A DNA stretch of 53,312 nt from Candidatus Altiarchaeales archaeon (GTDB lineage: Archaea > Altiarchaeota > Altiarchaeia > IMC4 > QMZM01), in assembly GCA_963749405.1 (NCBI GenBank), contig CAVVMY010000002.1, positions 1 to 53,312 on the forward strand, given 5' to 3'. A program made the translations under genes and the position numbers. Shown here one piece after another: positions 10,033 to 19,817 of this stretch (within the stretch, counting starts at the first letter, position 1; the number at the start of each line of letters is the position of its first letter). The notes under the pieces were generated by a model. The model was given only the letters and a program-made list of their open reading frames with translations, did no database searches and was not told the origin of the DNA.

Positions 10033-11041
10033 CATTCATCCTCTCAGAACCCGGATAGACCTTCAAGTCGTTTAGGATTATCTCACCAGTCTTGTAGGAT
10101 TCCTCTTTGAGATACCTACAGTCCAATGCTTTTGCGTCTTTGTATATGCAGCCCACGCCACGCGACCAATCCGCGAAGAGGCCGGAAAATTTCCCGCCAT
10201 CGTTCTTGCCCTGCCACTCCCAATACTTCCTGCCAGATCCATAATAGGACACAAGAACGCCGGACCACTCATCCCCGTCATAGTATTTTTCCTCCTTCAA
10301 AGAGCCGCCCGGATAATACTCGCTGTAGGCACCGTATTTCTTCCCGCCCACATAGGTTACGCTGCTCTTAACAACGCCGTTCTCATATAAGAATTTCACA
10401 GTGCCGAAAAGACGTCCATTAAGATAATCAGCCTCCTCTTCCAACGCACCAGACGGATAATACGCCTTATAGACGCCACTCGGCACGCCATCCACATAAT
10501 TTTTCTCAGAGACTAATACGCCATCAGGCGACCACTCCATGCTCGGACCATCCTCTCTCCCATAAGAGCCAAAACATGTAAGAGACTGCTTATGCCCCCT
10601 GTAAGGATCATACCAAACCACGTACGGGCCGACAAATGCCCCATTAGGAAGCACATACCAATCCCGAAAACTGCTCGCATACGACGCATTCATATGAACC
10701 GCGCCATCAGGAATACCGGAAGGACATTTAAAGATGCCTAAGTCAAAGGCCAAAACGACCGGACGGGTGGTAGTAACATAAATAGTCGAAGTAGTCGATG
10801 TGATTGAAGTGGTCGACGTAACCAGACGTGTACCTTCCTGGCCAGATACCCTGCTCAAATTCATCCCCTGCTCACTTATTTGCACTGCCTCTACGCCAGC
10901 ATCTGAAACATTCCCTTCAAAGCTGACATCACCAGGTTCCTGCCCCTGCCCAGGAATCCTGCCCACGCCGATCGCAGTCAGGATTATCAGCCCAAGCAGT
11001 ACTTGCAAGAATAATACAAAAAATAAATGAGTTTTATCCAT
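10001..11041 (-). CDS. Membrane-anchored MORN-variant repeat (YwqK-like) protein
   Basis: N-terminal TM helix, Thr/Ser linker, and repeated G-x3-(Y/W)YxxG-x6-YxxG units. Confidence 0.75.
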   Translation of the reverse strand: MDKTHLFFVLFLQVLLGLIILTAIGVGRIPGQGQEPGDVSFEGNVSDAGVEAVQISEQGMNLSRVSGQEGTRLVTSTTSITSTTSTIYVTTTRPVVLAFDLGIFKCPSGIPDGAVHMNASYASSFRDWYVLPNGAFVGPYVVWYDPYRGHKQSLTCFGSYGREDGPSMEWSPDGVLVSEKNYVDGVPSGVYKAYYPSGALEEEADYLNGRLFGTVKFLYENGVVKSSVTYVGGKKYGAYSEYYPGGSLKEEKYYDGDEWSGVLVSYYGSGRKYWEWQGKNDGGKFSGLFADWSRGVGCIYKDAKALDCRYLKEESYKTGEIILNDLKVYPGSERMNAIPQFFDEPE

Positions 11042-11152
11042 AATTAGCTAATTTATATAAAATATTATATACATTATTCAAATAATAATTAGTTATAATG
11101 ACTTAAATGGTTTTTGGCTGCATAAACGAAAGAATATGTTACCATTAATTCC

Positions 11153-13094
11153 ATGAAACAAGAAGAGAAAAATTTCAGGCTTACCGCACCATTCAAGCCA
11201 AAAGGCTCGCAGCCGCAGGCGATAAAGAAACTGCTGGAAAATTACCGCAGCGGCAAAAAAGATACAGACCCTGCTGGGGGTAACGGGCTCAGGCAAGACC
11301 TTCACCATGGCGAACATTATCCGGGAACTCCAGATGCCGACCCTGGTGATAGCCCACAACAAGACGCTCGCCGCCCAATTATACGGCGAGTTTCCGGAAT
11401 TTTTCCCCAAGAACAGGGTGGAATATTTCGTCTCCTACTATGATTACTACCAGCCGGAAAGTTACATCCCGCAGAAAGACCAGTACATAGAAAAAGACGC
11501 AGACATAAACCCAAGACTTGAGCAGATGCGGCTTTCAACGACAGCATCTCTCATGTCCCGGCCGGACGTCATAGTCGTAGCATCGGTGTCCTGCATATAC
11601 GGCTTAGGCGACCCCAGGAACTACCGCGACCTGTCGACGGTCCTTGAGAAAGGGATGAGAACCGGAAGAAAGGAACTCCTGCTGAAACTCGTTTCCATGC
11701 AATACGAACGCAACGACACAGACCTCTCACCCGGCAAATTCAGGGTAAGAGGCGATACGATAGACGTCGTGCCCGGATACTACAACAACATCATAAGGAT
11801 ACAACTATCGGGCGACAGAATAGAGAAGATAGCAGAGATAGACCGGCTGAACAACACCATATTGGATACTTTCAATTATTACTATATTTACCCTGCAAGA
11901 CACTTCGTCATACCCGACACCGCCAAAAAATCGGCGATAGACTCCATCAGAGAAGAGTTGGAAGAAGTGCTGCCAGGCCTTGAACCGCTGGAAGCGCAAA
12001 GACTGAAGAAGAGGACACTCTACGACATAGAGATGATAGAAGAAACAGGATACTGCAAAGGCATCGAAAACTACTCAAGGCACTTTGACAAACGCGCGCC
12101 GGGAGACCCCCCATACTGCCTGCTGGACTATTTCCCGAAAGATTTCCTCATGTTCATAGACGAATCCCACCAGACAATACCACAGCTGAACGCGATGTAC
12201 AACGGCGACCGCTCAAGAAAAGAAGCACTCGTAACATACGGATTCCGCCTCCCAAGCGCATACGACAACAGACCCCTGAAATTCTTGGAATTCGAAAAAT
12301 ACATGAAGAACACGATATTCGTATCCGCAACACCTGCAAAATACGAACTGGAGCACTCGGCAGCCGTAGTCGAACAGATCATCAGGCCAACAGGGCTAAT
12401 AGACCCACAGATAATCATACGCCCAATAGAAAACCAGCTACGCGACCTGATGAAGGAAATAGAGAAAACAACCAAAGCAGGAAACAGGACACTTGTGACA
12501 ACCCTAACAAAGAAGCTCGCAGAGGAGCTATCGGAATTCCTATCGGCGGAGGGGATAAAGACAAGATACCTGCACTCCGAAATAGACACACTCGACAGGA
12601 CAGAGATAATACGCGAACTGCGGCTCGGAAAATACGACGTACTCGTAGGAATAAACCTCCTAAGAGAAGGACTCGACATACCGGAAGTCGGCCTCATAGG
12701 GATCCTCGACGCAGACAAAGAAGGATTCCTCCGCGACGAAAAAAGCATAATACAGACCAGCGGAAGAGCGGCAAGAAACCTCAACTCCAAAGTAATACTA
12801 TACGCAGACAAGATGACAGACTCCATCAAAAAAGCGATGAACGAAACAGAACGCAGAAGAAACATACAGATCGCCTACAACAAAGAACACAACATAACGC
12901 CGCAGCAGATCATAAAACCCGTCAAGGAAAAAGAGGCAGAGATAAAGGACGTAAAACACATACCCAGAAAAGAAATACCAAACATCGTAATAGAACTCAG
13001 CGCAAGGATGGAAGACGCCGCAGAAAAACTGAATTTCGAGGAAGCGATAGCCCTCCGGGACAGGATAAGGGAACTGGAGAAGAGACTAAGCTAG
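11153..13094 (+). CDS. uvrB: Excinuclease ABC subunit B (frameshift in the A-run at ~11255-11260)
   Basis: FKPKGSQPQAI, then QTLLGVTGSGKTFTM after removing one A; YYDYYQPE, DESH, GINLLREGLD, C-terminal UVR domain. Confidence 0.95.
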
Positions 13095-13106
13095 AAATTA
13101 AAAAAA

Positions 13107-13174
13107 AGTTCGCATAAATACCCATAACAGGTTTTATACGAAGAAACTTCGCATAAAAGATAGTTATACACAAT
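13107..13174. other. Putative tyrosine-recombinase site cluster: two inverted dif/Xer-like sites that also form an attC-like hairpin
   Basis: AATACCCATAA-CAGGTT-TTATACGAAGA (13117-13144) abuts ACTTCGCATAA-AAGATAG-TTATACACAAT (13146-13174). An extra half-site AGTTCGCATAA lies at 13107-13117. Confidence 0.45.
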
Positions 13175-13344
13175 TGAGTTCTTGCCTACATAATGCACAA
13201 ACGGAAGGGGGCATCGAACGACGCCCGACGGCACGAATTCTAGCCTTCTGCATGGCAGAAGAGATATCAGGCCTTAAAACCATATTATAAGCCAATTAAA
13301 TCCACATGATATACAAAGACATAGGTAAAAATTTAGGCTAAAGA

Positions 13345-14388
13345 ATGAAACCCGCAGTGCCAGCTAAAGGGATTGAAGAAGCCTATAAAAACATTAGGAA
13401 CATCTTAGAGAAAGCGAGGTACGACACCTACAAGGCTGTGAATTTATCCATGGTTTCGGCCTACTGGCAGATCGGCAAGGTCATAGTCGAAGAAGAACTG
13501 AATGGGAAGGAAAGAGCCAAGTACGGCGAGACGCTAATAGAGGAGCTCTCTCAAAGACTTACAAGAGACTATGGCAAAGGTTTCAGTGAAAGGAATTTAT
13601 GGTATACCAAAGACTTTTATTTAAATTTCCCAATTCTGCACGCACTGCGTGCAGAATTAAGTTGGACTCACTACCGGATACTTCTAAAGGTAGAAAAACA
13701 GGAAGCCAGAGACTTTTATATGGTCGAGTGCATAAGCAATAACTGGAGCACCAGGGAACTTGAAAGACAGATAGATTCCCTGTTATATGAACGCCTTGCC
13801 TTAAGCAAAGACAAGGAAAAGGTCAAAGAACTCTCTTTAAAGGGCCAAACCCTAGAAAAGCCAGGCGACCTGATAAAAGATCCATACGTCCTTGAATTTC
13901 TAAACCTGCCGGAAAACAGAAACTACCTAGAAAAAGACTTAGAACAAGCTTTAATAGACAAGCTACAAGAGTTCTTGCTCGAACTAGGCCGCGGCTTTTC
14001 ATTCATAGGCCGTCAGAAAAGGATAACAGTAGACGGCGACCACTACTATATAGACTTAGTATTCTACAACTACATACTCAAATGCTTCGTTCTGATCGAC
14101 CTAAAGACAGGAAAACTGACACACCAAGACATAGGCCAGATGGACTTCTATGTGAGATACTACGAAAAAGAAGAAAAACAAGCTGGAGACAACCCCACTA
14201 TCGGAGTAATACTATGCACGGACAAAAACCAGACAATGGTAAAGTATACCCTGCTTGAAAACAGTAAGCAGATATACGCGTCAAAGTACAAACTGTACCT
14301 GCCAACGGAAAAGGAATTGCAAGAAGAGATTGATAGAGAGAAACAGTTAATAGAGACGGAAAGGAAACTACAGGAAACAAAAGGCTGA
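13345..14388 (+). CDS. DUF1016/YhcG family PD-(D/E)XK nuclease-like protein
   Basis: YWQIGKVIVEEE, GKGFSERNL, LSWTHY, IKDPYVLEFL, FLLELGRGFSF, YIDLVFYN, IDLK, GQMDFYV. Confidence 0.93.
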   Translation: MKPAVPAKGIEEAYKNIRNILEKARYDTYKAVNLSMVSAYWQIGKVIVEEELNGKERAKYGETLIEELSQRLTRDYGKGFSERNLWYTKDFYLNFPILHALRAELSWTHYRILLKVEKQEARDFYMVECISNNWSTRELERQIDSLLYERLALSKDKEKVKELSLKGQTLEKPGDLIKDPYVLEFLNLPENRNYLEKDLEQALIDKLQEFLLELGRGFSFIGRQKRITVDGDHYYIDLVFYNYILKCFVLIDLKTGKLTHQDIGQMDFYVRYYEKEEKQAGDNPTIGVILCTDKNQTMVKYTLLENSKQIYASKYKLYLPTEKELQEEIDREKQLIETERKLQETKG

Positions 14389-14393
14389 AATAG

Positions 14394-14528
14394 AATACTC
14401 CGGCCTAAAGTCCGAAGTATTTGCCCGAATGGCATGCGCCCTTCAGGGCGCATTTCAAAATCGGCAGATAGAGGTATGCTTAATCCCCTGCCTCTAAGGC
14501 AGGGGTATGCTGCCGATTTTGTAATCAA
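14394..14528 (+). mobile_element. Non-autonomous IS200/IS605-like palindromic element (MITE/PATE-like)
   Basis: Hairpins at 14394-14421, 14434-14453 and 14485-14505. 12-bp inverted repeat caaaatcggcag/ctgccgattttg (14456-14467/14510-14521). Ends in TCAA. Confidence 0.55.
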
Positions 14529-14604
14529 GAAGGACGCTTATGTATCATTCTTCAAGAAAAGGAAAAAGCAGTAAGAAAGAGGTATATTTTACCTAAAATA
14601 ATTT

Positions 14605-15366
14605 ATGAAAGAAAAATTGGTTTATGTACTGTTGGCGGCGGGTCTGTTGCTTTTCGTCTGCGGATGCGCAAATGAAAAACAGGAGAGCAATGTGAGCGCT
14701 GAGCCGAATGGAAGCGTGCAGAGTTGTACTATTCTTATGAGTTCTTCATCGCTTGAAGTCACAACCACTACACGCGCACCGCCGGTCTCCATCAATCCCA
14801 TTGCCCTGTGCTTTATGAACAAAGACTGCGGTGTAGCATACCTGGGCAGCTGCTCGTGCGACGGCGACAGCCTGAAGGCTACGCAGTACATTCCTTTGTG
14901 CCTGAACGGCTCATGCGTCTGGAAGAGCAAGACCGACGTCCTGTCCTGCCAGGGCAGGGATTACGAGTCAGGCGACAACAGCAGCGGGCAGCGCTGCGTT
15001 AACGGATTCGGCAGGTGCATAAAGAACAGCGAATACGAGAAGTACATGGTCCTGCGCCCGAATGTTACAGTGATCAACGGCACTAACGCATCTGGTTATT
15101 CCGAGGCGTATCGGGGTTATAGTTTTAAGAATAACATGACTGGGTTCTATCCAGGGGATTCTTTTTGCTATGAGAATGAATATTTCATCCTGGATGTCAA
15201 AAAGCCTTACGGCGAATTTGCCCGGATAGAGACTTCATGGAATAAAAGCGTGGTTCTTGGAAGCATAGTAGTCAAGGTTGGAGGGGTCTGGAAAGACGTT
15301 AATGGTTCGGACAATCCCATACTCTGGGCCAGGAAAGCGCGAGTGAACGATTCGGGATATTTCTGA
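14605..15366 (+). CDS. Cys-rich lipoprotein of unknown function
   Basis: Signal peptide with lipobox-like LFVCGC, Ser/Thr linker, Cys-rich middle domain. Confidence 0.7.
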   Translation: MKEKLVYVLLAAGLLLFVCGCANEKQESNVSAEPNGSVQSCTILMSSSSLEVTTTTRAPPVSINPIALCFMNKDCGVAYLGSCSCDGDSLKATQYIPLCLNGSCVWKSKTDVLSCQGRDYESGDNSSGQRCVNGFGRCIKNSEYEKYMVLRPNVTVINGTNASGYSEAYRGYSFKNNMTGFYPGDSFCYENEYFILDVKKPYGEFARIETSWNKSVVLGSIVVKVGGVWKDVNGSDNPILWARKARVNDSGYF

Positions 15367-15398
15367 TTTATTTGTAATGAAGCATATTTTATCACAAG

Positions 15399-15860
15399 AT
15401 GGCAGAAAATAAAAAGGTCCTGCTGAAAACAAGCATGGGAGACGTTACTATTGAATTGTTCGCAGACATGCCAGTAACTTCCGGGAACTTTGAAAAGCTT
15501 GCAGGCAAAGGCTTTTACAACGGAACCATATTCCACAGGGTAATAGACGGCTTCATGATACAGGGCGGCGACCCCAGTGGAACTGGGTGCGGAGGCCCGG
15601 GATATTCCATAAAGGATGAATTTTCTAAGAGCAATAAGAATAACAGGGGCACGATAGCCATGGCGAACGCAGGACCCAATACAGGAGGAAGCCAGTTCTT
15701 CATTAATCTGGTCGACAATAATTTCCTGGACAAAAAACACCCGGTCTTCGGGAAAGTGACCGAAGGCATGGATGCTGTGGACATGATAGGGAAAACGCGC
15801 ACAGGGCCCGGTGATCGCCCGGTCAAGGAAGTGAAAATAATCAGTGCTTCAGTGATCTGA
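15399..15860 (+). CDS. Cyclophilin-type peptidyl-prolyl isomerase
   Basis: FHRVIDGFMIQGGDP, MANAGPNTGGSQFFIN, HPVFGKV. Confidence 0.97.
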   Translation: MAENKKVLLKTSMGDVTIELFADMPVTSGNFEKLAGKGFYNGTIFHRVIDGFMIQGGDPSGTGCGGPGYSIKDEFSKSNKNNRGTIAMANAGPNTGGSQFFINLVDNNFLDKKHPVFGKVTEGMDAVDMIGKTRTGPGDRPVKEVKIISASVI

Positions 15861-16524
15861 TTTTTTCATTTTTTTCTTCTTTGTATATTCTTCTGACGCG
15901 TATTACATAGTTGGTCCATATGAGCGATAGTCCGACTATTAGGATTATCTGTCTTTCCAGCGGCATTTCGCTTTGGAATTCTTTGAAACCGTTTATCGTT
16001 TTGTCTAGATAGGATTCATTGACCTTCTCAGGTATGAGGTAATACGACGTTGTCTGGTTGACAGGGGTGCCGCTTATATTTTCTTCCTCTTGGACTTCCA
16101 CGTAGACATGCTGCTGCTGGGGCTTGATCTCCGACTGTATGTGTGTATTCTGTCTTTCGCTTAGGAGGTTGATAACTGCTTTTGTGAGTATTGCTTTTCC
16201 CTCGCAGTCTGTGCGTCCCTGGGCTATGACTTCTTCCGGAGTCTCCCAGTAGTCAAAGTTTCCCCACACCTCATAATCTGACGCATATGGAAAATGCTCG
16301 TCGATGTACCATACGGGATCTTCTCCGCTTTTTTCTATCTTGTCCGCTAAAGCGTTAAGCTGGGGGCTTGTGGAATTTGCCAGCCGGTCATATCCCATGG
16401 AGGTTCTGTTGATCTGCTCTAATGCCAGTGGTATGTTTGGGAACAGGACAAGCAGGAACAATATGACAGACATGGTGACTGCATAGATTCCTTCCCTGAC
16501 TATGCGGATGTTGCGTAGAGGCAT
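15841..16524 (-). CDS. Membrane-anchored transglutaminase-like cysteine protease family protein
   Basis: YASDYEVWG..DYWETPEE...GRTDCEGKA and HVYVEV; TM helices at both ends. Confidence 0.7.
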   Translation of the reverse strand: MPLRNIRIVREGIYAVTMSVILFLLVLFPNIPLALEQINRTSMGYDRLANSTSPQLNALADKIEKSGEDPVWYIDEHFPYASDYEVWGNFDYWETPEEVIAQGRTDCEGKAILTKAVINLLSERQNTHIQSEIKPQQQHVYVEVQEEENISGTPVNQTTSYYLIPEKVNESYLDKTINGFKEFQSEMPLERQIILIVGLSLIWTNYVIRVRRIYKEEKNEKIRSLKH

Positions 16525-16562
16525 GGCTAAAGTATTTATAGCATGTATTTAGTTGCTCTGCA

Positions 16563-17249
16563 TTAAAAAAGCCGGTATTCTTTTATGTATTCGTAGGCGC
16601 TGGACCAGAGCATGCCGAATGCCATGGCAAAGACCATTTCTTCCAGAGGAACGCCAAAGAATATTATCCCTGAAAGATGCGTCAGGTTCCATATCCTTTG
16701 GACCGCTCCCGGGAAGACCAGATTGAATAGCTGGAAATACATAAAATAGAGCAGCAGGAAAAGGGATCCTCCGACGATTATTTTTTTCTTCAGGTCCGGC
16801 CGGAAGAAAATCGTGAGGGCGACTCCTGAAAACATCGAAATAGACGAAGCATATATTGGATTAATCCCGGCAAAAAAGAGGAGGATGAAGAATGCGAAAG
16901 GCGAAGCTATGATCAGTGTTTGTGAATTTCTTTTCTTGGAGTTCTTGCATTTGGCAGTTTTTACGTGTCGGACTTTGAAAAATACTTCGTAGAGGATGGA
17001 GGCTATCCCTCCGGTGGCAAAGCAGTAAAAGATTGATTCTATGTCAAAACCGGTTGTACTGGCGAGGTTGAAAAGCGAGGGCGGGTCCCAGTACTTTGGG
17101 ACGAACAGGGGTTCCAGGAACCCGAATGGGGCGCTGTATATGCTGACGAACAGCATCTCGCGTCTGACGCCGGGTTTTGCGGCATAGACTATGAGCCATA
17201 TGAAAAGCATTATCAGAGTAAAAAGAGTCCACGCATTCATGTCAAGCAC
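16563..17249 (-). CDS. Lycopene cyclase domain-containing membrane protein
   Basis: Polytopic; EPLFVPKYWDPPSLF, GFDIES, GIIFFGVPLEEMVFA. Confidence 0.7.
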   Translation of the reverse strand: MLDMNAWTLFTLIMLFIWLIVYAAKPGVRREMLFVSIYSAPFGFLEPLFVPKYWDPPSLFNLASTTGFDIESIFYCFATGGIASILYEVFFKVRHVKTAKCKNSKKRNSQTLIIASPFAFFILLFFAGINPIYASSISMFSGVALTIFFRPDLKKKIIVGGSLFLLLYFMYFQLFNLVFPGAVQRIWNLTHLSGIIFFGVPLEEMVFAMAFGMLWSSAYEYIKEYRLF

Positions 17250-17298
17250 CCATCATGCTTGTTTTATTTATCAGCTCTTTAACTTAAAAGACGGGCCC

Positions 17299-18072
17299 TT
17301 AGACGCTTTCGCTTTTCTCGAATGAATAGGCTCCCAGGAATACCATCACGGCAGAGAAGGCTGCAAGGAATAGAAGGTCATATTCCATCGGGAACAGGAA
17401 CTGCTGGCCTAGGAGGACATTACGCATCCCGTCTACGCCGTATGTCAGGGGGTCGATGTAGGATACGTATTTTATGTAGTCCGGGAGATTCTGCAGCGGG
17501 AAAAGAGCTCCTGAAAGAAAGAACGTTGGGAATATGACGAAGTTCATTATCAGGTTGAATCCCTGCATGTCTTTCATCCGGGATGCGAAAACCAAGCCCA
17601 GGCCGATAAAGGTCGTTGATATCAAAGCCATGAAGACCAGTGCGCCGACTATAGACACAGGATTAGCCACACGGAAACCGATGACAAAGGATATGATAAG
17701 AGTCAGCACACCCTGTATTAGCGAAGTGGTTGAGCCGCCAGCTATTCTACCCAATACTATGGATATCCGGTTAACCGGGGCAACCATTATCTCTTTCAAA
17801 AAACCGAACTCCCGGTCCCACAGGACAGATATGCCTGCGAACATGGAGGTAAAAAGCATGCTCATACCCACGATTCCGGGAATGAGAAAATCTATGTAGT
17901 TTACACCTTTCGGAAGGCCCGACACCGCAGAATTGCCCAACCCGAATCCCAGGAACACAAGAAAGAACAGAGGCATAGCCAGTGTCCCTATCACCCGGGA
18001 TTTGGCTCTAAGGAACCTCTTCATCTCCCGAAGCCACAGAACGTATATGGCAGTTAGGTTTATCAATTTCAT
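17299..18072 (-). CDS. ABC-2 type exporter permease
   Basis: DREFGFLKEIMVAPV, FLSGALFP, DPLTYGVDGMR. Confidence 0.92.
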   Translation of the reverse strand: MKLINLTAIYVLWLREMKRFLRAKSRVIGTLAMPLFFLVFLGFGLGNSAVSGLPKGVNYIDFLIPGIVGMSMLFTSMFAGISVLWDREFGFLKEIMVAPVNRISIVLGRIAGGSTTSLIQGVLTLIISFVIGFRVANPVSIVGALVFMALISTTFIGLGLVFASRMKDMQGFNLIMNFVIFPTFFLSGALFPLQNLPDYIKYVSYIDPLTYGVDGMRNVLLGQQFLFPMEYDLLFLAAFSAVMVFLGAYSFEKSESV

Positions 18073-19068
18073 ACTCGGCGCCTCATCCGCATCCTCGCAT
18101 TATCCATCCCGTCGCCTTCCTGTTCTCTGATCGTCCTGCCTGTGTAGTTCAGGAAAACATCTTCGAGGCTGGGCCTGCGCAGATTGACTGAGGTTATGGT
18201 TACTGGGATTTGCGGGGCTATGCATACCACTTCCGGGATACGTTTCTCGCCGTTGTTAACCGTCAGGTCTATGAAGCCGTCATGCTGTTTGACGCCTTTT
18301 ATCCATTCAAATCCCCGGACAATGTCCAGGAACTTGCCGGCATCGCCTGATACCTGAAGCGAGATAACGTCGCCTCCCAATACTTCTTTCAATTTATCCG
18401 GCGTGCCCAGCGCAACTATTTTCCCGTGGTCTATTATCGCTATCCTGCTGCACAGGAAGTCTGCTTCCTCCATGTAGTGAGTGGTTAGGATGATGGTGGT
18501 CCCTATTTCTTTGTTCAGTTTTTTTACGTATTCCCAGATATGCCTCCTTGTCTGCGTATCAAGGCCCAGCGTGGGTTCGTCAAGGAATAAAACCTTGGGG
18601 CGGTGTATAAGTCCTCTGGCGATTTCCAATCGTCGCTTCATCCCGCCGGAATATTTCTCTACCAGGGTGTCTGCCTTGTCTGTGGAGCTCGACCAATGCA
18701 AGCACTTCGCCTATGCGTTCATCTCTTTCTTTTTTCGGGATGCCGTACATCATGGAATGAAACTCAAGATTTTCCCTGCCGGTTAGTTTGGTGTCAAGTG
18801 CAGGGTCCTGGAAAACGACGCCTATGCTGCGTCTTACGTCGTCTTTGCTTTTTGAGATGTCATAACCTGCAAGCTCGGCGTATCCCGACGTCTTTTCCAG
18901 CATGGTTGACAGCATGTTTATGGTGGTTGTCTTGCCTGCGCCGTTCGGTCCCAGTAGCCCGAATATCTCGCCTTTTTCTACACTAAAGGAGATGCCGTCA
19001 ACTGCTGTGAGGTCGTGGTTGAACTTCTTCGTGAGGTTTTCTACTTTAATCGCATATTCTTTTTCCAT
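18069..19068 (-). CDS. DrrA-like ABC exporter ATP-binding protein (frameshift near 18685)
   Basis: Walker A GPNGAGKTT in ORF 18580-19068. YSGGMKRRLEIA and FLDEPTLGLD in ORF 18069-18701. One extra base separates the frames. Confidence 0.92.
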
Positions 19069-19477
19069 GTTTTTTGAGATATTTAGTTATGGTACTGCGA
19101 GTATATGAATCGACAGGCAGAGCCTTCGCGTCTTCAAGCGTCGCCCATATGTGGTCGTGGCCCTCCGAATTTAGAACGACATCAGTCGAGTTGGTTTTGC
19201 AGGCGTAGTCCAGGAATATAAAATGCCGTTTTTTCCAGAAAGCTTTGTCGTATATGAATTCCTGTACGCAGAGGAACTCTATATCGTAGATATCCAGCGC
19301 AGTCTCCTCTTTTATCTCACGCCTCAACGCCTCTTCGGCAGTCTCTCCAAGCTCTATGTGGCCGCCGGGTATCACATATTCATCGTGCCACTTGTGTGAT
19401 TTCATCAAAAACAGCTTTCCTTCGGCATTGAATATCAACGCGCCGACCGTCGGCTCAGGGAACCTTTGCTCGGGCAT
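19046..19477 (-). CDS. NUDIX hydrolase
   Basis: Nudix box GGHIELGETAEEALRREIKEETAL; start at ATG 19477. Confidence 0.92.
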   Translation of the reverse strand: MPEQRFPEPTVGALIFNAEGKLFLMKSHKWHDEYVIPGGHIELGETAEEALRREIKEETALDIYDIEFLCVQEFIYDKAFWKKRHFIFLDYACKTNSTDVVLNSEGHDHIWATLEDAKALPVDSYTRSTITKYLKKHGKRICD

Positions 19478-19817
19478 TAGATAGGATACGGCCTGCAAAA
19501 ATAAAAATTAGAGGATAGATGTATTCGATTATACATTTCAAAACATGTAAGACCTGCCGAATGCTTCAAAAAGCAGATAACACATATTACCTTTTTAGTC
19601 CTGCCAGTGTCTCTTTTCTGAGAATTTATCCTGAACTTTTTTCCGCCTTTACAGTAAAAGGCCGTACTCTTGTTTTTATGCTAATATGCATAAACACCAT
19701 TGCAATATATGCATTTTAGGGTAAAAAAGCGAAAGGTTTTTATATGAGAACGCATTAAACTCTTAATCCAACCAAAAACAAAAAGGACGAGTATGCCACC
19801 CCACCCCAAGCCAAAAA

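Noticed and set aside
14160-14528. 122-aa minus-strand ORF MITKSAAYPCL...
   Set aside because: It starts inside the palindromic element and runs antisense into DUF1016, so it is a shadow ORF.
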